From positions 6,223 through 70,222 of the forward strand of contig JBBQDL010000005.1 in the NCBI GenBank assembly GCA_038319665.1: a stretch of DNA of 64,000 nt, in the 5' to 3' direction. The DNA comes from Candidatus Limnocylindrales bacterium (GTDB lineage: Bacteria; Chloroflexota; Limnocylindria; Limnocylindrales; CSP1-4). Within the stretch, counting starts at the first letter, position 1, and every line of letters starts with the position of its first letter. The notes below the pieces were generated by a model that was given only the letters and a program-made list of their open reading frames with translations, had not been told where the DNA came from and ran no database searches. A program made the translations under genes and the position numbers. This document shows, one piece after another, positions 1 through 8,337 of this stretch.

Positions 1-124
1 CATCGATCCGGGCGGCTCACAGGTTCGCGAAATCGACCTCGTGCCGGGTAAGTACCTGTTCGTCTGTAACATCCCGGGCCACTTCAAGCAGGGCATGTAC
101 TCCATCGTGATCGTCACGCCCTGA
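1..124 (+). CDS. cupredoxin-like (type-1 copper) protein, C-terminal fragment; 5' end lies outside the window
   Basis: Frame 2 reads ...GKYLFVCNIPGHFKQGMYSIVIVTP* and ends at TGA 122-124. The C-x4-H-x4-M spacing is the classic blue-copper ligand loop. Confidence 0.65.
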   Translation, partial: IDPGGSQVREIDLVPGKYLFVCNIPGHFKQGMYSIVIVTP

Positions 125-278
125 CGTCGCGTCGCCACCTCTCCTGGATCGACACCATCATCCGATCGTGCGCATCATCGAAGCGTCAGGGCGTGCGCTG
201 CCGCCTCCCGTCACGCCCGGCGTTCTCCGGGTCACAACGACCACTGGCGGCAGGCCGCTGGGGCGTATCCTCGCCCTC

Positions 279-1106
279 ATGAGACAGCGGTGGGTCGCCT
301 CTGCCGACGAATACGCCCGCGTCCCTGCTCCGTCGACCCACCTGACCGGGAGGGCTCTCGGGATCGACATCGGCGGCACGGGAATCAAGGCCGCGATCGT
401 GGATCTCGCGACGGGTCGACTCGTCACCGACCGGGTCCGTGAGCTGACCCCACGGCCGGCCACGCCGGGCACCGTCATGGACGTGGTCGCGAGCGTCGTG
501 CAGTCGCTTGAGGGCACTGGCAAGTTGACCGCAGGCATGTCGGGCGGCGCAGGATTCCCTTCGGTCATACGGGCTGGTCGCGCGATGACGGCGACCCACG
601 GCGAGTCGTCGTGGATCGGCGTGGACGTCCGACAGATGCTCAGCAAGCGACTCGACCGATCGATCGTGGTCCTCAACGACGCGGATGCGGCAGGCGTGGC
701 CGAGCTTGCCTACGGAGCCGGCAAAGGGCAGCAGGGCGTGGTCCTGCTGCTCGACCTCGGGACCGGCATCGGCTCCGCGTTGTTCGTGAATGGGCAACTC
801 GTGCCAAATATGCAGCTCGGGCACATCGAGCTGGATGGACGCGACGCGGAGGTACGCCTGTCGCCGTCGGCCCGCAAACGCCGTCGGGTGGGCTGGACCC
901 GATGGGCCGGCGAGTTCAACCAGCTCCTTGCCCGATACGAAGAATATGTCTGGCCTGACCTCATCATCCTTGGTGGGGGCGCCGCCAAGGACTTCCCGAA
1001 GTTCGGGCAGTTCCTCAAGACGAGGGCCCCGCTCCTGGCAGCTGCGGTGGGCACCAGCGCCGGCATCGTCGGCGCCGCCAGAGTCGGCGGGAATCCTTCT
1101 CCTTAA
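279..1106 (+). CDS. ppgK: polyphosphate glucokinase (ROK family)
   Basis: ORF 168..1106 contains GIDIGGTGIKAAIVDL (ROK/actin-fold ATPase phosphate-1 motif), VLNDADAAG, LGTGIGSALF and GHIELDG. I chose ATG 279 (MRQRW) because it sits about 27 aa before the GIDIGG motif, as in known PPGKs. GTG 168 is an alternative start. Confidence 0.85.
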   Translation: MRQRWVASADEYARVPAPSTHLTGRALGIDIGGTGIKAAIVDLATGRLVTDRVRELTPRPATPGTVMDVVASVVQSLEGTGKLTAGMSGGAGFPSVIRAGRAMTATHGESSWIGVDVRQMLSKRLDRSIVVLNDADAAGVAELAYGAGKGQQGVVLLLDLGTGIGSALFVNGQLVPNMQLGHIELDGRDAEVRLSPSARKRRRVGWTRWAGEFNQLLARYEEYVWPDLIILGGGAAKDFPKFGQFLKTRAPLLAAAVGTSAGIVGAARVGGNPSP

Positions 1107-1243
1107 CCTCCCTTGTAGAGGTCGACCCGAGGTCTGCCGGCTCTTGTCGCTTCGGCCGACGCCACAGCAACCTGTCAGGCTGTCGTCCTGGCCGTTCCGC
1201 ATCGTTTGGCCAATCGTGAGTCGGCCGAGTAGTGGGGAGCGAA

Positions 1244-1663
1244 ATGACCGCAACCGATTCGCGTACCACGTTCGACGCGTATCGCGCGGCGTGGGCACGG
1301 CACGATCTGGACGCCATCGTGTCGATGCATCATCCGGAGGGAACTTTCTGGCTCCATACCGCGGGCGAGGCCGCCGCAGTCGGGCGCGACGCCATCCGTG
1401 CCAAGTTCGCGGGCACGCTCGCGATGCTGCCCGACATCGCGTATGAATCCCTTCGGCTGCATTGGGGCGACGAGTTCCTCGTCCGCGAGCTTTCAGCCTC
1501 GGGGACGCCGACGATGGCGCCCGACGGGGGTGCGATCCGTTTCGACATGGTCGACGTCATCGAGTTCCGTGACGGCCTGCTCTGGACCACGAACACCTAT
1601 GTCGATGCCTCGCCGATCGCGACCAGACTCCAGGGCATGGGCTCGCGGGCTTCGGCCGGCTGA
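1244..1663 (+). CDS. SnoaL-like / NTF2-fold protein (ketosteroid-isomerase-like)
   Basis: The translation TTFDAYRAAWARHDLDAIVSMHHPEGTFWLHTAGE...IRFDMVDVIEFRDGLLWTTNTYVD has the typical SnoaL_2 pattern. A GGGGAG RBS lies just upstream of ATG 1244. GTG 1232 is an alternative start. Confidence 0.7.
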   Translation: MTATDSRTTFDAYRAAWARHDLDAIVSMHHPEGTFWLHTAGEAAAVGRDAIRAKFAGTLAMLPDIAYESLRLHWGDEFLVRELSASGTPTMAPDGGAIRFDMVDVIEFRDGLLWTTNTYVDASPIATRLQGMGSRASAG

Positions 1664-1812
1664 AGGAAACCGCGGATTCACCGGTTATTGGGCAGATCGT
1701 TTCGTCGGCATCCTGCTCAGACTTAGGTTCACGGAGACTTCGCAGGCCATCGGCCAGGATCGACACCATGAACCCGTGGTCGCTCGCTGCCGCGGAAGCG
1801 AGGTGGCCACGG

Positions 1813-2088
1813 CTATGGCGAACCGAGCTGGACCAGCGCGAAGGTGTTCCCGTCCGGGTCCTTGAACCACGCCCCGCGGTTGGGACCAAGCTGGGCAATC
1901 CCGTCAATCGTCTTGGGCGAGTCGTATTCCTCGAAGCTGACCCCGCGCAAGCGCAGTTCGCGGATCGCCGTCTCAAGGTCCGGCACTTGAAATCCAGCGA
2001 CGGTGCTCTTGGCAGTCTGAACCGCACTGACTCTGGTGGAGGCTCTGGCCTGCGGACCACGCTGAGTCCCACCCGCCGCCAAGGCCAA
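1813..2088 (-). CDS. VOC/glyoxalase-family protein, single C-terminal beta-alpha-beta-beta-beta module only (possibly a truncated remnant)
   Basis: The 91-aa ORF ends in AGFQVPDLETAIRELRLRGVSFEEYDSPKTIDGIAQLGPNRGAWFKDPDGNTFALVQL, which is typical of the second module of glyoxalase/bleomycin-resistance fold proteins. Its N-terminal 30 aa do not resemble a first module. Confidence 0.5.
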   Translation of the reverse strand: MALAAGGTQRGPQARASTRVSAVQTAKSTVAGFQVPDLETAIRELRLRGVSFEEYDSPKTIDGIAQLGPNRGAWFKDPDGNTFALVQLGSP

Positions 2089-2484
2089 CTATCTGCAGCT
2101 AAAGAAACGTCGTCAGCCGTCCGGGGAATGGGCTGCAAGCCGCCCATTCAGGACTACCACGACGTTGCTGGACGGCAGGGTGATGGTGCTTGACGCAATC
2201 GGGCTCGGACTTGGCGGGGCGCTCCCGCCGATCATGGAGCTCGAGGGCAACGTCGCTGAGGTTGGTCGCGGCCGAGGGCATAGCCCCCACACGACGACCT
2301 TTTCGGCACCGTACGCGTGGCGCCCAGACAGCTCTCCCAGCGAGTCTTCTCGCTCGTGGCGAATCGGCCTGACCAGCTGACGTCTCGATCCTCGAGGTCG
2401 CCTTTTGGGAGCCCGAACTACATGGTGAGCCTATGATGCCGCCGGGGCGCGAACCGAGCGATTCCAGGGGCAGGGGAGGTAGCC

Positions 2485-2673
2485 GTGCCAACCGAACGAC
2501 CGAAGGTCATCGTCGTCAAGCAGGGCGGCGACCACGGCTGCGTCATCACGGTCATCCTGCTGATCATCGCGTGGCCGCTGGCCATCCTCTACTGGGCCGC
2601 GCGGATGCTGAAATGGGCGATCTGGAGCGCAATCGACTGGCTCACGGCCGGGCTCCGCCGTCGCCGTCGATAA
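2485..2673 (+). CDS. small membrane protein (62 aa), unknown function
   Basis: A GTG start lies 5 nt after the GGGGAGG RBS at 2473-2479. The hydrophobic core is CVITVILLIIAWPLAILYWAARML and the tail is poly-Arg. Confidence 0.5.
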   Translation: MPTERPKVIVVKQGGDHGCVITVILLIIAWPLAILYWAARMLKWAIWSAIDWLTAGLRRRRR

Positions 2674-2758
2674 GCATTCCTTCGCTATGCCCGCCCTTGA
2701 GGGTGGTAGCGTTCGAGGAGCGTTGCTTCGCTGATGGATCGGAGAGGAGATCGTGAGA

Positions 2759-2908
2759 ATGAAGGTGACCGTCGCCAAAGTGCTGTTTGCGATCGCTACC
2801 ATCTTGTTCATCCTCGCCTTCCTGTCGGTCAAGGTCGGCGATCTCAACCTCGCCACTGCGGGTCTCGCGTGCGTGGCGGCTGGGTTGTTCTTCGAGGGCT
2901 TCATGTGA
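2759..2908 (+). CDS. small membrane protein (49 aa), unknown function; too short to appear in the supplied ORF track
   Basis: ATG 2759 is preceded by GGAGAGGAGA at 2741-2750. The translation MKVTVAKVLFAIATILFILAFLSVKVGDLNLATAGLACVAAGLFFEGFM* gives two hydrophobic helices. The stop is TGA 2906-2908. Confidence 0.45.
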   Translation: MKVTVAKVLFAIATILFILAFLSVKVGDLNLATAGLACVAAGLFFEGFM

Positions 2909-3082
2909 ACGATCTAAGCGATCGCCTCACGATGGGAGCGTTGCGCTCTTAGCTCCAGATACAAGATCCAAAGTCCAGCCCCGCGTATCGCCGCCGCGGC
3001 CGCGCTCGGTGAAACCGGATCGGGCCGCTCGAGGCAGTCCCGTCATGCCCCGCCCACCGTGACCCATTTGGTCGCCACAGGC

Positions 3083-4066
3083 ATGGTGCGGCTGAAAGCG
3101 GTTCAGGTTAGAGCCGGCCAAGGCCGTCTTCGAAACCTGGGCCAGGCCATCCTCGCTGCCTGGTTCACCGGCATGACGTTCCTACGAATTTCGCGCTTCA
3201 TCAGCGACCAGGTCCCGCTTGGTCAGGACATCCGGATCTACTACCGGGGCGTCGAGCAGTGGCTCCATGGCGGCGATCCCTGGGCGGCGCAACTCATGGT
3301 GAATTCGCACAGTGCGTTCAACTACGCCGGGTCGCCGGCGACGACGGTCCTCCTCGCGCCGAGCGCTCTGCTCTCCGAAACTCAGTTCACGGCGCTCTGG
3401 CTCGGACTCTCGGCATTGAGCGCCCTCGCGATCCTCCGCTGGCTTCGGCTTCCACCTTGGTGGCTCCTGTTCCCCCCGACTGCCGAGGCACTGTATTCCG
3501 CTAACCCGCAACTCGTGGTCCTCATGCTGCTGCTTGCCGGGGCCGGCCGATCGGGGGTGATAGCGGACTCGATCGCCGTGACGCTCAAGGTTTACGCAAT
3601 CATCCCGCTGCTTCGCGAACGTAAGCTTCGGCGAGTCGCGCTCGCCCTCGGCTTGACGATCGCCACGTTGGTCGTAGCGCCATCGCTGTGGATCCAGTAC
3701 CTGAATGAGTTCGGGAATATCTCGGCCAACCTGGCGCTGCAGTCCGACAATGGTTACAGCGCCTTCTACTACCCGGTACTGCTCGTGCCGACCGTGATCG
3801 CGATCCTCCTGCTCTGGCGTCGCGATGCCAAGGCCGCCGCGTGGCTCGCCGTGCCGGCGCTTTGGCCCTCGAGCGAATTCCACTACTCGACGTTCGCCCA
3901 GCCGGTCATGACGCCCCTGTTGGCCGTCCTGCTAGCGATCCCGATCCCTCAACTTGCACCCGTCGCGATCATCCTTTATGTCTTCGCACGGTTCGTAGCC
4001 GGACCGTTCGAGGCGCGCCTCGCGATCTGGACTGGCGACCCAGCCCCGGGACCATCGCCGGGATGA
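3083..4066 (+). CDS. polytopic membrane protein, DUF2029/GT87-like glycosyltransferase (tentative family)
   Basis: The N-terminal region LGQDIRIYYRGVEQWLHGGDPW is followed by about 8 hydrophobic segments, resembling polyprenol-phosphate-sugar-dependent GT-C enzymes of the DUF2029 type. The start is uncertain (GTG 3059, ATG 3083 or ATG 3173). Confidence 0.65.
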   Translation: MVRLKAVQVRAGQGRLRNLGQAILAAWFTGMTFLRISRFISDQVPLGQDIRIYYRGVEQWLHGGDPWAAQLMVNSHSAFNYAGSPATTVLLAPSALLSETQFTALWLGLSALSALAILRWLRLPPWWLLFPPTAEALYSANPQLVVLMLLLAGAGRSGVIADSIAVTLKVYAIIPLLRERKLRRVALALGLTIATLVVAPSLWIQYLNEFGNISANLALQSDNGYSAFYYPVLLVPTVIAILLLWRRDAKAAAWLAVPALWPSSEFHYSTFAQPVMTPLLAVLLAIPIPQLAPVAIILYVFARFVAGPFEARLAIWTGDPAPGPSPG

Positions 4067-4471
4067 GCATCTGTAGTCGGGCCGTCCGAAATGCCCGACC
4101 GCCGCTTCCTCGGTCAGCAGTCTCTAGACGGCGATTCGCCCTACAACCGCGCGCGGCCTCACCTGACTCGTTTAAGTCAGCGGGCGAAGAGGCTTGCCCT
4201 CAGCCCGTTCGTGGCTCATGGCGCCCTCCGCGGGGTTGGCGCCCTCTCCCGAGGCGATGGCATATTGCTTGATGGCAAGCCCGCTGCAGCTGCCCGTGAC
4301 CATTGCTGCAAAGGTGGGGTACGGCCCGGACTCGCGAACCCGGTCGCCGTGACATTCGGTAGGCTCGCGTTGCGGGTCCCTGGGCGAGCTGTGGCGTACG
4401 CGAGTCAAGTAATCGCAGGTTCGATCGGCCCTTGGCGACAGGCTGCGGGCACCGAAGGCGGACGCTAAACG

Positions 4472-5923
4472 ATGATCACGTTCGGGAGACTCCGTCGGTT
4501 CATCGGCCAGCGGTCGTCATGGATGCTGGCAGCCGCTCTTGCGACGAGCCTCCTCGCGCTGCCGGCAATGTCAATCACGGCGAGCGATGTATTCCGAGGG
4601 CTCTCCTACCCGACGTTGGAATCACTATCGCTCTCGGGAGTGGTCCTGGGTTGGCTTCTTACGGATCGGCTTCCCGTGATCGCGCGTTCGAGGTGGTTGC
4701 GGATCGGCATCCTCGGCCTCCTACTGGTCACCGGATATCAGCTCGCGATCAGGGGAGCCGCCGCCTTCGATATCATCGCTGTAGGAGTCTTGGCAGGAGC
4801 GGTGATTCGCGGGGGACACGGTCGGCCCCGGGACCCGGCGCTCCTCGTCGCGCTCGCCGCGATGGCGACATGGATCACCTATGACGTCCCGAACGTCGTG
4901 TACAAGCCCATGAGGGACCTCCACACATACCTCGCCGCGGCCGGCGATGCCTTGGTCGGTCACTCGGCGTATCTCCAAGGCCCCCTCACGGTGGCGCCGG
5001 ACTGGGACCACAACCCGTTCGTCTACCCACCATTTACCCTTCCGCTGTTCGAGATCCTCGCCCGCCTTCCGCTGCTCGCGGTGGAGGTCGGATGGCTCGC
5101 GACGTCGGCGGCGGCAGTGCTCATCGGTCTCCGGCTGATCGGCGTTCGCGGACGTTGGGTCGTTGGCCTCCTGGCCTGGCCGGTCTTTGCGATCGGTCTC
5201 TCGGTCGGAAACGTCGCCGGATTCGGATTCCTTTGTTTCGCGCTCGGCTACCGGTTTGCGGCCCTACTCGTCGTGGCCGGTGTCTTCAAATTGCATTCGG
5301 GCATCCCGGCCCTCTGGGGCATTCGGGAGCGCCGCTACCGCGAGGTCGCGCTCGGGATCGCGGCGGTGGCTGCGCTCGTAATCGTCACGATTCCGCTTAC
5401 GGGTTTGGCGGCGTGGGGCGAATGGGCGCGCGCTCTTGGGTACTTCGAGCAAGGACTCGATCGGTTCGACATGCGCGGGCCCTCGATCACTGGATCCCTC
5501 CCGACCGTACTCGCGGTGATCGTCAGCGTCGCCGCGATCGGTCTGGCTCTCCTTCGACGCGGTCGGAACGGGCTCGCCCGATTTGGCCTGGCATCGATCG
5601 TGGTTTCACCCACGTTGTACCTGCACGGGTTCGCCCCGTTGCTGCCGGGCGCGATGACACTCCGGCCGGAGATCATGTGGTTCGTACTGGCCGTCGTTCC
5701 GTGGGATGCCTGGGGCCTTCCCGTCTCGGGTGGGTGGGTGGCCGTGGCCATCGTCGCGGCGGCCCTGCTCCGCTCGAGCGGCGACGCGCTGTCGGGGCCC
5801 GGGGACCTGTCCGACGCGGCCGCCGATCTGCATCCGACAGGCGCCGGCGGCCAGGTCTGGCCGGGTATCGTCCTGGGGCCCTTTCTGGGGCCGGCGGCGC
5901 GTTCGGATGACAGGGCGGTCTGA
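4472..5923 (+). CDS. polytopic membrane protein, DUF2029/GT87-like glycosyltransferase (paralog of 3083..4066)
   Basis: 483 aa. The motif MRDLHTYLAAAGDALVGHSAYLQG...NPFVYPPFTLPLFEILARL is typical of DUF2029 and is followed by many TM helices. Confidence 0.7.
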   Translation: MITFGRLRRFIGQRSSWMLAAALATSLLALPAMSITASDVFRGLSYPTLESLSLSGVVLGWLLTDRLPVIARSRWLRIGILGLLLVTGYQLAIRGAAAFDIIAVGVLAGAVIRGGHGRPRDPALLVALAAMATWITYDVPNVVYKPMRDLHTYLAAAGDALVGHSAYLQGPLTVAPDWDHNPFVYPPFTLPLFEILARLPLLAVEVGWLATSAAAVLIGLRLIGVRGRWVVGLLAWPVFAIGLSVGNVAGFGFLCFALGYRFAALLVVAGVFKLHSGIPALWGIRERRYREVALGIAAVAALVIVTIPLTGLAAWGEWARALGYFEQGLDRFDMRGPSITGSLPTVLAVIVSVAAIGLALLRRGRNGLARFGLASIVVSPTLYLHGFAPLLPGAMTLRPEIMWFVLAVVPWDAWGLPVSGGWVAVAIVAAALLRSSGDALSGPGDLSDAAADLHPTGAGGQVWPGIVLGPFLGPAARSDDRAV

Positions 5924-6106
5924 TCGCCCTCTTGGGTTCTTGGCCGAGGTGTTCGCTGGCCTTCAGACTTTCCTCAACACTCAAGAGAAGGCGAGATTCC
6001 ATTGGGCGCGCATGGCTGACTTGAGAGCGGTTGCCCGGATTCGCCACATGTCCATCCGTGTCGGTGCGACGCGCGGGTCATCGGGTGGGACATTGCGGCT
6101 GCGGGA

Positions 6107-6112
6107 TATAGT
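6107..6112 (+). promoter_or_regulatory. candidate -10 hexamer (TATAGT) upstream of tatA
   Basis: TATAGT lies 39 nt upstream of the tatA ATG and AGGAG (6139-6143) serves as RBS. No convincing -35 is present. Confidence 0.25.
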
Positions 6113-6150
6113 GGCCGTCGCCAGTCGCTTACGTCGTCAGGAGATCGGCC

Positions 6151-6408
6151 ATGGGCGGACTCTCACCCGTACACCTGATCATCATCCTGGTGATCGCGCT
6201 TCTGATCCTCGGCCCCGGCAAGCTGCCGGAGACAGGGGCCGCGCTAGGCCGCGGGATCCGGGAATTCCGCCATGCCGTCGATGGCAAGGCAGAGCCTGCG
6301 ACCGAGTCCTCGCAGGGCAGCCAGGCCGTGGCATCGTCGTCGACGACAGGGCCATCAGCTTCGGATGGAGCCGCGGCGGATGCCTCAGAGCGGAACAGAT
6401 CCGTCTGA
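6151..6408 (+). CDS. tatA: twin-arginine translocase TatA/E family protein
   Basis: MGGLSPVHLIIILVIALLILGPGKLPETGAALGRGIREFRHA is the canonical TatA TM helix, hinge and amphipathic helix. Confidence 0.9.
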   Translation: MGGLSPVHLIIILVIALLILGPGKLPETGAALGRGIREFRHAVDGKAEPATESSQGSQAVASSSTTGPSASDGAAADASERNRSV

Positions 6409-6411
6409 GCC

Positions 6412-7914
6412 ATGCAAGACTCGGAGGACCCGTTACCGCCGCTGGTTGACGCTGGGGACGACCAGCCAGCGCCTCCTGACGTACTGACCGTCACGACGAG
6501 CCCTCGATGGGCCGACAGCCGGTCACCCGCGGTGGCCGCGATCCTCTCGTTCGGCTGGCCCGGTCTCGGGCAGCTCTATGGAGGACGCCGCCGAGTCGCG
6601 GCGTTCCTCGCCCTCCCCGTGCTCGCGCTTGCGGTCCTGTTGCTCATCGCGGCGTCCGGCGGGCTGGCGGTCCTCGCCTCTCGGATGCTCGTGCCCGCCT
6701 TCGCGATCTCGATCCTCCTCCTCGTCGTCGTACTGGGCGTCTGGCGCATCGCGGCCATCCTCGACGCGTTCCGGGCCGTGGGCACGCCTGCCCATCGCGG
6801 TCGACCGGCAGTCCGGGCGCTCCTGGCCCTCCTGATCGCCCTGGTGGTGGGGACTCACGGCCTGATCGCTCTCGATTCCTGGGCCTTCGTCGAGGCGAGC
6901 AACCAGATCTTTGTGGGTGCAGTGGCGGTGCCGACGCCGGCACCGGGCCAGACGCCGGCGGCTGGCGGCACGCCAGCGCCGTCGGCGTCCGACGGCGGTG
7001 CGGCCGCCGGGTACGGCGGTGGGTCAGCCATCAACCCGCCGGCCACCAGCTCGCGCATCACCATCCTGCTGACGGGCATCGATGCGTACAGGACCCGATC
7101 CGAGGCGCTCAACGACACGCTCCTCGTGGTCAGCCTCGATCCGGTCAAGAAGACCGCCGCGATGTTGAGCGTGCCGCGTGATACGTCGGAACTCCCCCTC
7201 TACTTCGGCGGTGTGTTCCGCAGCAAGATCAATTCCTTGATGACGTGGGCGTACCTGCACCCTGGTCTCACCCCCGACACCCCTATAGACACGCTGACCA
7301 AGGAACTGGGATTCGTGCTCGGGATCCCGATCAATTACTACGCCGCCATCGACCTCGCCCATTTCGAGAAGATGGTCGACCTCGTCGGCGGGGTAGACAT
7401 CAACAACGGCAAATGGATCCTCGATGGGCTCTACGACTGGCTCGATGGGAGCCCACGCGGGTTCCAACTGTCGCCCGGTCGCCATCACCTCGACGGTCGC
7501 CTGGCGCTGGCCTATGTCCGTTCGCGGCAAGGCATCGGCGACAGCGATTACACCCGCGCTGCCCGCCAGCAGGAGGTCTTGGTCGCCTTGGCCAAGAAGA
7601 TGGCTTCGCCTGCCTCGATCGCGCAGCTGCCCTCGATCCTCGATGCCGCCGCGGCGGCGATCAAGACCGACCTACCATCAGGCCGCCTGCCGGACATGAT
7701 CCAATCGGCCAGTGGCTTCGATCCGGCGAACATCACCAAGATCGTGCTCAGTGCGCCCTACAACTACCATCCACCTTCGTCCACCACGGGCGGTGTCTGG
7801 ACGAGCCGGTTCCGTATGGACAGGATCGCCGCGCTCTCCATCAAACTCTTCGGGACGGATAGTCGCTACGACACGCCAACGACGCCCACCGCGTCGCCGT
7901 CCAGCGCGCCATAG
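6412..7914 (+). CDS. LytR-CpsA-Psr (LCP) family cell-wall glycopolymer ligase with an N-terminal TM region
   Basis: The LCP core is present: ITILLTGIDAYRTRSEALNDTLLVVSLDPVKKTAAMLSVPRDT...YVRSRQGIGDSDYTRAARQQEVL. The gene starts 3 nt after the tatA stop. Confidence 0.9.
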   Translation: MQDSEDPLPPLVDAGDDQPAPPDVLTVTTSPRWADSRSPAVAAILSFGWPGLGQLYGGRRRVAAFLALPVLALAVLLLIAASGGLAVLASRMLVPAFAISILLLVVVLGVWRIAAILDAFRAVGTPAHRGRPAVRALLALLIALVVGTHGLIALDSWAFVEASNQIFVGAVAVPTPAPGQTPAAGGTPAPSASDGGAAAGYGGGSAINPPATSSRITILLTGIDAYRTRSEALNDTLLVVSLDPVKKTAAMLSVPRDTSELPLYFGGVFRSKINSLMTWAYLHPGLTPDTPIDTLTKELGFVLGIPINYYAAIDLAHFEKMVDLVGGVDINNGKWILDGLYDWLDGSPRGFQLSPGRHHLDGRLALAYVRSRQGIGDSDYTRAARQQEVLVALAKKMASPASIAQLPSILDAAAAAIKTDLPSGRLPDMIQSASGFDPANITKIVLSAPYNYHPPSSTTGGVWTSRFRMDRIAALSIKLFGTDSRYDTPTTPTASPSSAP

Positions 7915-8256
7915 GTGAAGGTCGTGTTCGCCGCTTGGCTCCTCAGCGCACTCACAAGCCGAATGCCGTTTAGGCACTCACGGGCAGTTCTTTGGCGCGG
8001 TACGCCGCTGATATCTACATGCCCCCCGGATACCGTCGCAGCACCCGGTCGAGCTCTTATCTCGTGAGGCCTCGCCCGAGCCGTTTCCTTCGAACTCAAA
8101 GACGGTACCGGACGAGGCGCCGATCACAAACGATGGAGAGACCTGCAGTGCTCGACCCACCAGGCTTCCTGTAAGCACGCCGTCCGACCGCGCTTGCTTC
8201 GCGACCCAGTCGGCCAGCGTGACCTCTCGCTGCGCTAGACTCTGAGGCGCTCTCGA

Positions 8257-8329
8257 GCGGGAGTAACTCAGTTGGCAGAGTGTCAGCTTCCCAAGCTGAA
8301 TGTCGCGGGTTCGAACCCCGTCTCCCGCT
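8257..8329 (+). tRNA. tRNA-Gly (anticodon CCC); genomic CCA follows at 8330-8332
   Basis: I folded the cloverleaf by hand. The acceptor stem is GCGGGAG/CTCCCGC and the D arm is ACTC-AGTTGGCA-GAGT. The anticodon arm is TCAGC-TTCCCAA-GCTGA (anticodon CCC). The T arm is GCGGG-TTCGAAC-CCCGT and the discriminator is U. Total length is 73 nt. Confidence 0.9.
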
Positions 8330-8337
8330 CCAGTTCC

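Noticed and set aside
8236-8241. A TAGACT hexamer 15 nt upstream of the tRNA-Gly, considered as its -10 element.
   Set aside because: The position is plausible, but there is no acceptable -35 at 16-19 nt spacing (TTGCTT lies 36 nt away). The support is too weak to list it as a feature.
7915-8256. A genomic-island or integration signature next to tRNA-Gly, given the 340-nt less GC-rich spacer upstream and the accessory-looking operon downstream.
   Set aside because: I could find no integrase, recombinase, direct repeat of the tRNA 3' end, or mobile-element genes. The flanking genes have the same GC3 bias as the rest of the window.
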